Source: Abditibacteriaceae bacterium
Lineage (GTDB): Bacteria; Armatimonadota; Abditibacteriia; Abditibacteriales; Abditibacteriaceae
Direction of reading: 5' to 3'
NCBI GenBank assembly: GCA_031372065.1
Contig: JANMKN010000252.1
Location: 1 to 12,305 of the forward strand
DNA: 12,305 nucleotides
Position numbers and translations under genes: made by a program. Below the pieces are notes generated by a model that was not told the DNA's origin, did not search any database, and saw nothing but the letters and a program-made list of their open reading frames with translations. Below, piece by piece: positions 1-5,961 of the stretch. Numbering within the stretch: position 1 is the first letter of the stretch; each line of letters opens with the position of its first letter.

Positions 1-29
1 TTGGCGCGCATTTCGTCCTTGCCGGGCAT
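1..29 (-). other. Duplicated copy of the rplJ 3' segment, reading ATG-PGKDEMRA(K) off the window edge (partial)
   Basis: Bases 1-28 are identical to 276-303 inside rplJ. The Leu130 codon CTG is ATG (27-29) in the copy. Confidence 0.75.
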
Positions 30-40
30 AAGTAAAAATT

Positions 41-150
41 AGTTTTGAGTTTTGAGTTTTGAGTTTTGAGCTGATGCGCTACGCGCTTTTACAAAATGGC
101 GCAAAGCACCACTGATTCAACTCAAAACTCAAAACTCAAAACTCAAAACT
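41..150. repeat. Inverted repeat with 30-bp arms made of (GAGTTTT)n heptamers
   Basis: 41-70 (agttttg)x4+ag is the exact reverse complement of 121-150. The 50-nt loop contains small hairpins at 76-86 and 97-111. Confidence 0.95.
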
Positions 151-163
151 CTTCTGACCATGA

Positions 164-691
164 TTAAGCGCTTTCTTTGTCTATCTTAGCTTGCAGGGTG
201 CCCGCGAATTGCGTCAGGACGCCTTGCAACGTAAAAACAAACGAGGCCAATGGGCCTTGCAACGCGCCGACAGCTTTGGCGCGCATTTCGTCCTTGCCGG
301 GCAGTTTGGCAATAGCAGCCAGTTGTTCGCTGGAAACTATCATTTTCTCGACCAAACCGTTCTGCAAGTTGAATTTTTCAAAACTTTTGGCGTTGTCACT
401 GAGAGCCTTGGCTGCCTCAGCCGGTTCGCCAAAACCAATTGCCACAGCCGTCGGGCCGCTGAGGTCGCCGACCAGTTCTTGGCTCGGCGTGCCTTCGGCA
501 GCGCGGCGCAGCAAACTGTTTTTCACCACGCGCACTTCGACATTCGAGCCGCGAAGCGCCTGACGCAGTTTCACCATGTCGCCCGCTTTGAGGCCGCGAT
601 ATTCGGTGATGACAACCGTCGAAGCGCTGGTCAGCTTTTCATGCAACTCGGCGACGAGGGCGGCTTTGTCTTTGTAATGTTTTTCAACCAT
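164..691 (-). CDS. rplJ: 50S ribosomal protein L10
   Basis: Motifs EYRGL, VVKNSLLRRA, LSGPTAVA, IAKLPG; AGGAGG SD upstream; follows rplA. Confidence 0.97.
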   Translation of the reverse strand: MVEKHYKDKAALVAELHEKLTSASTVVITEYRGLKAGDMVKLRQALRGSNVEVRVVKNSLLRRAAEGTPSQELVGDLSGPTAVAIGFGEPAEAAKALSDNAKSFEKFNLQNGLVEKMIVSSEQLAAIAKLPGKDEMRAKAVGALQGPLASFVFTLQGVLTQFAGTLQAKIDKESA

Positions 692-716
692 GATATTCCT
701 CCTGCTCTCGCCTTAT

Positions 717-1409
717 TTAGCGCACGGTGGCCGGATCAATCTTGACACCCGGCCCCATCGTCGAAGACAACGTGATCGCCTTCAAATAAGTGCCCTTGGC
801 CGTGGAAGGCTTGGCCCGCTTGATGGCGTCAAACAGCGCGTTGGCATTTTCTTCCAAAGCACCTTGCTCAAAGCTGACTTTGCCGATGATCGAATGCACA
901 ACTGCCGCTTTGGGTTCGTTGCGATATTCGATCTGACCTTTTTTGCGGTCGCCGACAATGCGGCCCAAATCGGCGCCTACAGTGCCAGACTTGGCGTTTG
1001 GCATCCGCGCGCCGAGTTTTTTGCCCAAACGCGAGATGAGTCGCATCATATCGGGCGTGGCAACTAAAACATCGAATTGCACTTCGTCTTTTTCGATTTG
1101 TGCAATCAAATCTTCAGCACCAACCATATCAGCGCCTGCGGCTTCGGCAGCCGTAGCCGCTTCGCCACGCGCCACAGCGACAACGCGCGGCGTTTTGCCG
1201 GTGCCATGTGGCAACGTGATGGTGCCACGCACTTGTTGGTCGCCTTTACGCGGATCAATGCCCAAAACAAGGGTCACATCCACAGTTTCGTCAAATTTCG
1301 CGTTGGCGGAGTCTTTGACGAGTTGGACTGCTTCATTCAAGTTGTAAAGCCGACGCGCGTCAATTTTTTCCGCTAAAGCGCGATAACGCTTTCCATTTTT
1401 ATTCGCCAT
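717..1409 (-). CDS. rplA: 50S ribosomal protein L1 (start set at ATG 1409, MANKNGKRY)
   Basis: Motifs KFDETVD, LGIDPRK, QVRGTITLPHGTGK, SSTMGPGVKID; AAGGAG SD before 1409. The longer ORF start overlaps rplK. Confidence 0.97.
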   Translation of the reverse strand: MANKNGKRYRALAEKIDARRLYNLNEAVQLVKDSANAKFDETVDVTLVLGIDPRKGDQQVRGTITLPHGTGKTPRVVAVARGEAATAAEAAGADMVGAEDLIAQIEKDEVQFDVLVATPDMMRLISRLGKKLGARMPNAKSGTVGADLGRIVGDRKKGQIEYRNEPKAAVVHSIIGKVSFEQGALEENANALFDAIKRAKPSTAKGTYLKAITLSSTMGPGVKIDPATVR

Positions 1410-1419
1410 CGTCGCTCCT

Positions 1420-1845
1420 TTAACCCTTAATCTCAATGCCCATTGAACGCGCCGTGCCCGCCAAAATTTTCATGGCGCCATCTACATCTTTGGCGTTCAA
1501 ATCGGGCAATTTCACTTGCGCCAGTTCGCGCAATTGCGCTTCGGTAATGCTGCCCACTTTGGTTTTGTTGGGCACGCCGCTGCCTTTTTTCAGGCCCGCT
1601 GCTTTGGTCAAGAGCGCCGCAGCGGGCGGCGTCTTGGTGATGAAGGTGAACGAGCGATCCTGAAAAACCGTGATTTCAACCGGAATAATCGTGCCCGATT
1701 GCGCGGCAGTCATCTCGTTGTAAGCCTTCACGAACTGCATAATATTGACGCCATGTTGCCCCAGAGCTGGGCCAACTGGAGGCGCCGGAGTGGCCGCGCC
1801 CGCAGGCAATTGCAGTTTGATGATGGCTGTGACTTTCTTTGCCAT
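1420..1845 (-). CDS. rplK: 50S ribosomal protein L11
   Basis: MAKKV...[26 protein letters not shown]...GTARSMGI. Confidence 0.98.
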   Translation of the reverse strand: MAKKVTAIIKLQLPAGAATPAPPVGPALGQHGVNIMQFVKAYNEMTAAQSGTIIPVEITVFQDRSFTFITKTPPAAALLTKAAGLKKGSGVPNKTKVGSITEAQLRELAQVKLPDLNAKDVDGAMKILAGTARSMGIEIKG

Positions 1846-1858
1846 TGTTTCTTCCTTT

Positions 1859-1938
1859 TTAGCTGTTAGGCATTTAGCGATTAGCTGTGAGCCGTTTGCT
1901 CAATGCTAACTGCTAATCGCCAACTGCTTTTAGCTAAT
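1859..1938. repeat. Degenerate heptamer inverted repeat (TTAGCTG / TGCTAAC family) filling the nusG-rplK spacer
   Basis: Left units ttagctg, ttaggcat, ttagcga, ttagctg, tgagccg. Right units tgctcaa, tgctaac, tgctaat, cgccaac, tgctttt, agctaat; the last two overlap the nusG stop. Confidence 0.8.
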
Positions 1939-2466
1939 TCTCTCCACATGAGCGAAGTCCAAATCCACGCGCGTTTCGCGGCCAAAGATGGGAATCATAA
2001 CAGTCAACTTTTCGGTCTTGGCGTTGATATCATCAATACGGCCTTCGTTGCCGGCAAAGGGGCCAGCGACCACGCTAACCATTTCGCCTTTGTGAAAAAT
2101 CCGCGAGGGCGGTATGACTTCGCCGGTTTCGCCCAGCAAACGGCGCGCTTCGTCGTCTTGCAACGGCATGGGACGCGTCGCTGTTCCGGTCACTTGTCCC
2201 AAAAATCCCGTCACGCCAACAGTTTCGCGCACGAAATGCCAGGTTTCGTCGTCCATCTCCATCTCAATCAGCACATAGCCGGGGAAGATTTTCTTTTTGA
2301 CCCGGACGCGCTTGCCGTTGCGCATCCGTTCTTCTTCCTCGGTGGGCACCAGAACGCGCGCAATGCGCGGCTGCAAGCCCGTCTTTTCGACGCGCCGCTC
2401 GATGTTCGACTTGATTTTTTCTTCCTGACCGGCATAGGTATGCACTGCATACCAATGTTTCGACAT
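1930..2466 (-). CDS. nusG: Transcription termination/antitermination factor NusG
   Basis: WYAVHTYAGQE, KIFPGYVLIEM, VTGFLG, KOW motif GPFAG, IFGRETRVDLDF; GGAGGT SD. Confidence 0.98.
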   Translation of the reverse strand: MSKHWYAVHTYAGQEEKIKSNIERRVEKTGLQPRIARVLVPTEEEERMRNGKRVRVKKKIFPGYVLIEMEMDDETWHFVRETVGVTGFLGQVTGTATRPMPLQDDEARRLLGETGEVIPPSRIFHKGEMVSVVAGPFAGNEGRIDDINAKTEKLTVMIPIFGRETRVDLDFAHVERIS

Positions 2467-2581
2467 GATTCACCTCCGTCCACCATGATTTTATTCATGA
2501 TGGCGACACACGAGCGCATCGCACCAATTTTCCCGTAGGGATTTTTCGGCGCGACAACAAAAATTGACCTGATTGGGGATT

Positions 2582-2899
2582 TTAAGCGGGTTTTTCGAGG
2601 CCGAGCAGGTTAAATACAACCGAGATCAGATGATCCAGCCCGTAAATATAGAGCGAGAAGAAAATCAATAGCCCAATCGTCACAATCGTGCCCGCAATGC
2701 GCTGTTCGTGCGAGGGCCATACCACGCGTTTAAGCTCGGTAATGGTGTCTTGCAAAAACGTCCTGCCGGATACGTTTGGGACGCCCTGACGAACCTGTAG
2801 GCCGCCGGGCCGCGTGACAGCTTTGGGCGTCACGTCTTTAGTGGGCTTTTTCTTCCCCGGAAAGTCTTCTCCGGGTGCTGTGGTTTTAACGATGGCCAT
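2582..2899 (-). CDS. secE: Preprotein translocase subunit SecE (single TM, ~45-aa N-terminal extension)
   Basis: FLQDTITELKRVVWPS motif followed by one TM helix; lies between tRNA-Trp and nusG. Start set at ATG 2899 (uncertain). Confidence 0.92.
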   Translation of the reverse strand: MAIVKTTAPGEDFPGKKKPTKDVTPKAVTRPGGLQVRQGVPNVSGRTFLQDTITELKRVVWPSHEQRIAGTIVTIGLLIFFSLYIYGLDHLISVVFNLLGLEKPA

Positions 2900-3039
2900 A
2901 TTTCGCGTCTGCTGGCGGAAAACCGCTACGACTTCCTTTTCAACAACTTTACTTACGATTTTCCGCTGCGCTTCGTGCCTCTCCCACGAAAAAACTTCAG
3001 GACAAAGGAAATCAAATTTCAATTTCCTTGTTTACGACA

Positions 3040-3112
3040 CAGGAGAGGCAGGAATTGAACCCGCAACCTCCGGATTTGGAGACCGGCGCTCTGCCAATTG
3101 AGCTACTCTCCT
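3040..3112 (-). tRNA. tRNA-Trp (CCA)
   Basis: Cloverleaf AGGAGAG/CTCTCCT, anticodon loop CT-CCA-AA, T-loop TTCAATT; U31-U39 mismatch; no encoded 3' CCA. Confidence 0.96.
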
Positions 3113-3117
3113 AAACG

Positions 3118-3203
3118 GCAGTTAAGAGTTTTGAATGATGAGTTTTGAGTTGAAGGTATAACTCTTATCAACTAAAAACTCATGATTCAAAACTCTTAAC
3201 TGC
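3118..3203. repeat. Inverted repeat with 36-bp arms of GAGTTTT-family heptamers
   Basis: 3118-3153 vs 3168-3203 with 2 mismatches and a 14-nt loop; same family as 41-150. Confidence 0.93.
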
Positions 3204-3206
3204 TGA

Positions 3207-3368
3207 TTAGCGCGTTTCCGCGTGTTCAGTGTGTTTGCGGCAACGCGGGCAGAATTTCTGCAAGCGCAACCGGTCTTTCACGTTCTTTTTGTTTTTCGAC
3301 GTCTGGTAATTGCGCTCCTTGCAATCGGCGCAGGCCATCGTCAATCGGGTTTGATTTTTAGCCGCCAT
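3207..3368 (-). CDS. rpmG: 50S ribosomal protein L33, zinc-ribbon (C+) form, 53 aa; absent from the ORF track
   Basis: Manual translation [53 protein letters not shown]; canonical position before tRNA-Trp and secE. Confidence 0.96.
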   Translation of the reverse strand: MAAKNQTRLTMACADCKERNYQTSKNKKNVKDRLRLQKFCPRCRKHTEHAETR

Positions 3369-3396
3369 GATTCACTTCCTGTTTTCTGCGGATGAC

Positions 3397-3431
3397 ATTC
3401 GTCAATCATCATGCCGCATTCGTCATTTGCC
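3397..3431. repeat. Five degenerate heptamers (ATTCGTC family) between tRNA-Thr(GGT) and rpmG
   Basis: attcgtc aatcatc atgccgc attcgtc atttgcc; short complementary arm tgcggatga at 3387-3395. Confidence 0.6.
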
Positions 3432-3433
3432 AC

Positions 3434-3505
3434 AGCCTTTGGCGGGAATCGGACCCGCGACCTCTTCATTACCAATGAAGTGCTCTACCACTGAGCTACA
3501 AAGGC
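3434..3505 (-). tRNA. tRNA-Thr (GGT)
   Basis: GCCTTTG/CAAAGGC acceptor stem, CTTCA-TT-GGT-AA-TGAAG, T-loop TCCGATT (C55). Confidence 0.94.
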
Positions 3506-3507
3506 CT

Positions 3508-3580
3508 TTCAATGTGGAGGGCGAAATGCAGAATGCGGAATTTTCATTCCACACTTCGCATTCCGCATTCCGCATTTGAA
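3508..3580. repeat. Degenerate heptamer inverted repeat (AATGCGG / CCGCATT family)
   Basis: aatgtgg agggcga aatgcag aatgcgg ... acacttc gcattcc gcattcc gcattt; 22 of 30 positions match between arms 3511-3540 and 3547-3576. Confidence 0.85.
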
Positions 3581-3581
3581 A

Positions 3582-3665
3582 TGCAGGGAGAGGGATTTGA
3601 ACCCCCGTAGGGCGAAGCCCGACAGATTTACAGTCTGTTGCCATTGACCGCTCGGCCACCCCTGC
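3582..3665 (-). tRNA. tRNA-Tyr (GTA)
   Basis: ACAGA-CT-GTA-AA-TCTGT, long variable arm GGGCTTCGCCC, T-loop TTCAAAT, discriminator A. Confidence 0.96.
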
Positions 3666-3688
3666 GAAAATATGAATTGTTAAGGTTC

Positions 3689-3712
3689 AAATCAGGCTTT
3701 TGCGCCTGATTT
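3689..3712. other. 9-bp hairpin in the tRNA-Thr/tRNA-Tyr spacer
   Basis: aaatcaggc-ttttgc-gcctgattt. Confidence 0.5.
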
Positions 3713-3727
3713 TCACTGCATTTCACG

Positions 3728-3799
3728 AGCCGACGAAGAGATTCGAACTCCCGACCGGCGGTTTACAAAACCGCTGCTCTACCCCTGAGCTACATCGGC
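3728..3799 (-). tRNA. tRNA-Thr (TGT)
   Basis: GCCGATG/CGTCGGC acceptor stem, GCGGT-TT-TGT-AA-ACCGC, T-loop TTCGAAT. Confidence 0.96.
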
Positions 3800-3887
3800 A
3801 AAACAACCTGCTTTGTCCGTTCCTCAGCCTCTCGAAGCCTTTTATCAGACAACAAAAAAACGCGATGAACGGCTTCGCGCTCCGCCC

Positions 3888-3917
3888 ATTTTAACCCAAT
3901 CTTCCCCTACCTGTCAA
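3888..3917 (-). promoter_or_regulatory. Sigma70-type promoter upstream of tRNA-Thr(TGT)
   Basis: TTGACA (3917-3912), 18-bp spacer, TAAAAT (3893-3888). Confidence 0.7.
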
Positions 3918-3946
3918 TGAATCTTCGATTCACGGCCTTTGCGCAA

Positions 3947-4019
3947 CGCGCCCGGAAGGAATCGAACCTTCAACCGTCTGATTAGAAGTCAGATGCTCTA
4001 TCCGTTGAGCTACAGGCGC
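3947..4019 (-). tRNA. tRNA-Arg (TCT)
   Basis: GCGCCTG/CGGGCGC acceptor stem, TCTGA-CT-TCT-AA-TCAGA, T-loop TTCGATT. Confidence 0.96.
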
Positions 4020-4029
4020 TCTTTTCAAT

Positions 4030-4067
4030 ATGAACGAAGGTGGAATGAGAATTCATCGTTCATTCTT
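4030..4067. repeat. Short degenerate heptamer-type inverted repeat (ATGAACG / TCATCGT family)
   Basis: atgaacga (4030-4037) pairs with tcgttcat (4056-4063); right side reads tcatcgt tcattct. Confidence 0.5.
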
Positions 4068-4080
4068 TAGATTTTGCCAA

Positions 4081-4151
4081 AGCGGAGGACGAGGATCGAA
4101 CTCGCGTCATCAGTTTGGAAGACTGAGGCTCTACCATTGAGCTACCTCCGC
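4081..4151 (-). tRNA. tRNA-Gly (TCC)
   Basis: GCGGAGG/CCTCCGC acceptor stem, TCAGT-CT-TCC-AA-ACTGA, 4-nt variable loop, discriminator U. Confidence 0.96.
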
Positions 4152-4156
4152 GTTTC

Positions 4157-4217
4157 ATGTGCAAAATGTCGAATGCCGCATTTACATTCCGCATTCGACA
4201 TTCTGAACTCCACATTT
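4157..4217. repeat. Degenerate heptamer inverted repeat (AATGTCG / GCATTCG family)
   Basis: aatgtcgaatgc (4165-4176) pairs exactly with gcattcgacatt (4191-4202); right arm acattcc gcattcg acattct gaactcc acatttt. Confidence 0.8.
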
Positions 4218-4219
4218 TA

Positions 4220-4293
4220 TCGGGGCGGCCAGATTCGAACTGACGACCTTCTGTTCCCAAAACAGACGCGCTACCAAGCTGCGCTACGCCCCG
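4220..4293 (-). tRNA. tRNA-Pro (TGG)
   Basis: CGGGGCG/CGCCCCG acceptor stem, TCTGT-TT-TGG-GA-ACAGA, T-loop TTCGAAT. Confidence 0.96.
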
Positions 4294-4359
4294 CATTCTT
4301 CAATTTGTCAAAGTAAAAATTGCCGTTCCGCGAAACGTTCCTCCCAGAAGGCCCTACAA

Positions 4360-4388
4360 ATTATACGTTTTGCTCTTTCTTGATGCAA
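4360..4388 (-). promoter_or_regulatory. Sigma70-type promoter for the tRNA cluster
   Basis: TTGCAT (4388-4383), 17-bp spacer, TATAAT (4365-4360), about 65 bp before tRNA-Pro. Confidence 0.78.
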
Positions 4389-4412
4389 GCGAAAAGTGCA
4401 AGAAGATATTTT

Positions 4413-4457
4413 AAAATCTAAATGGCAGGCTCTTTTGGAGCCTGCCATTTAGATTTT
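4413..4457 (-). terminator. Intrinsic terminator-like hairpin after the response regulator
   Basis: Perfect 20-bp arms aaaatctaaatggcaggctc / gagcctgccatttagatttt with a 5-nt loop, 17 bp past the stop. Confidence 0.75.
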
Positions 4458-4474
4458 TGGTTGGATTTCAGGCT

Positions 4475-5095
4475 TCAATCAATGGAAAACGTGATATTGG
4501 ATTGCTTGCAAACCGGACAGATGAGCGTGCTTTTGCCTTGCTTATCGGTGGACTGAAACTTGGCGCGCGGCCCGATAAAGCCGCAGCTATCGCAGGTAAT
4601 CCAATCGCTACGCGAAACGGTGGGCATAGGCGCTTCGGGTTCAGCGGCGGCAATCACCGAGGCATTGACGTTACTCGTTGCGGCAACAGCGGTGGTATCG
4701 TAGCGGTAAACGCGGCGCAAGTTCGCTAAAACGCGCGCCATCAACAACTTCGGGTTAAACGGTTTCGGGACGTAATCGTCGGCGCCCGATTTGAAACCTT
4801 GCATTTCGCGGTCTTCTGAATCGGCGGCGGTCATCATGATAATGGGAATCGGGCTGATTTCGCGAATGGCAGCGGTCATATCCATACCATTCATGTTGGG
4901 CATCATGATGTCGGTGATGACTAAATGCGGATCGGCTTCCTTGAAACGCGCCAAACCGGCAGCGCCATCCGGCGCGTGCAGGCATTCCATATTGGCCTTC
5001 GCCAGATTCAACAAAATCAAGCGTGCAATATGAGCATCGTCTTCGACAACGAGAATACGAAATTTACCATTTTCAGGGATTTCGGGAAGTTTCAT
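4475..5095 (-). CDS. Response regulator: OmpR-like receiver, Ala/Pro linker, C-terminal CxxC...CxxC zinc ribbon
   Basis: VVEDD, TDIMMP (phospho-acceptor Asp), MTA, KPF; C-terminus WITCDSCG...LICPVCK; no HTH seen. Confidence 0.9.
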   Translation of the reverse strand: MKLPEIPENGKFRILVVEDDAHIARLILLNLAKANMECLHAPDGAAGLARFKEADPHLVITDIMMPNMNGMDMTAAIREISPIPIIMMTAADSEDREMQGFKSGADDYVPKPFNPKLLMARVLANLRRVYRYDTTAVAATSNVNASVIAAAEPEAPMPTVSRSDWITCDSCGFIGPRAKFQSTDKQGKSTLICPVCKQSNITFSID

Positions 5096-5187
5096 TCTGA
5101 GACCTCAGCGGAAAAACGCGTTTTTAGCGCGACTGCCCTCAGTTTACTGTTTTTCGCTCTTGGCGCGAGCAGTATCGCCACGAAAAG

Positions 5188-5826
5188 TCATTTTTCAAGG
5201 GCCGCATTGTAAACTTTGTCCATATCGTTCAGGCTGGAAATGGTCACGCCCAAGTCGCGTAACAAGCCATCGTTCAGGCTATAAATCCATCCATGCACTG
5301 TCAGTGACTGCGAACGCCACCACGCGCCTTGCACAATTGTCGTCTGGCACACATTGAAAACTTGTTCGATCACATTCAATTCACATAGGCGATCAATTTT
5401 TTTCTCATGCGCATTGATTTCGCGCAGCGACTGGGCGTGTTTGCGTTGCACGTCCGAAATATGACGCAACCAGTTGTCAATCAGGCCGTGTTCATGCTTT
5501 TCCAGCGCCGCGCGCACGCCGCCGCAACCATAATGGCCGCACACGATGATATGCTTGACTTTCAACACGTCTACGGCAAATTGCAAAACCGACAGACAAT
5601 TCAAATCGGTATGCACCACAACGTTCGCCACATTGCGATGCACAAAAATCTCGCCCGGCAAAAGTCCGACGATTTCATTGGCGGGCACACGCGAATCGGC
5701 GCAACCGATCCATAAATATTCGGGCGACTGCTGCGCCGCCAAAGTGCGAAAAAAACCGGGATGCTCGGCCTCAATTTTAGCGGCCCACTGCCGGTTATTT
5801 TCAAAAAGTTTGTCTAAATTGCTCAT
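5188..5826 (-). CDS. can: Beta-class carbonic anhydrase
   Basis: YLWIGCADSRVP, FVHRNVANVV, VCGHYGCGGV zinc ligands, LCELNV, HGWIY. Confidence 0.96.
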   Translation of the reverse strand: MSNLDKLFENNRQWAAKIEAEHPGFFRTLAAQQSPEYLWIGCADSRVPANEIVGLLPGEIFVHRNVANVVVHTDLNCLSVLQFAVDVLKVKHIIVCGHYGCGGVRAALEKHEHGLIDNWLRHISDVQRKHAQSLREINAHEKKIDRLCELNVIEQVFNVCQTTIVQGAWWRSQSLTVHGWIYSLNDGLLRDLGVTISSLNDMDKVYNAALEK

Positions 5827-5961
5827 GGAACCTCATCTCTTGCAAACCAATCACATATAGCGTGGCGCGATTCTGGCTTCCTCGTGAATTTTACGAAAAA
5901 AACTGCCCCACGTTTTTGTGGAGACTTCTGTGTCACACTCATTTAGTCTCATAATCATCTG

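Noticed and set aside
2900..3022. 41-aa N-terminal extension of SecE from TTG 3022
   Set aside because: It starts only 17 bp past the tRNA-Trp 3' end inside a hairpin and lacks an SD; ATG 2899 is more plausible.
177..3101. Plus-strand and alternate-frame ORFs over rplJ, rplA, rplK, nusG and secE
   Set aside because: Shadow frames of conserved genes with no recognisable motifs.
3040..4293. Absence of encoded 3' CCA in all seven tRNAs
   Set aside because: Real, but common in many bacterial phyla that rely on the CCA-adding enzyme.
3040..4293. Prophage or integrative element attached at a tRNA
   Set aside because: No integrase, no duplicated tRNA 3' end and no phage genes were seen in the window.
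3367..4316. Short ORFs 3367-3579, 3423-3659, 3700-3894, 4060-4296 and 4074-4316
   Set aside because: They overlap tRNA genes and heptamer repeats; sequences such as MRNAECE are translations of the repeats.
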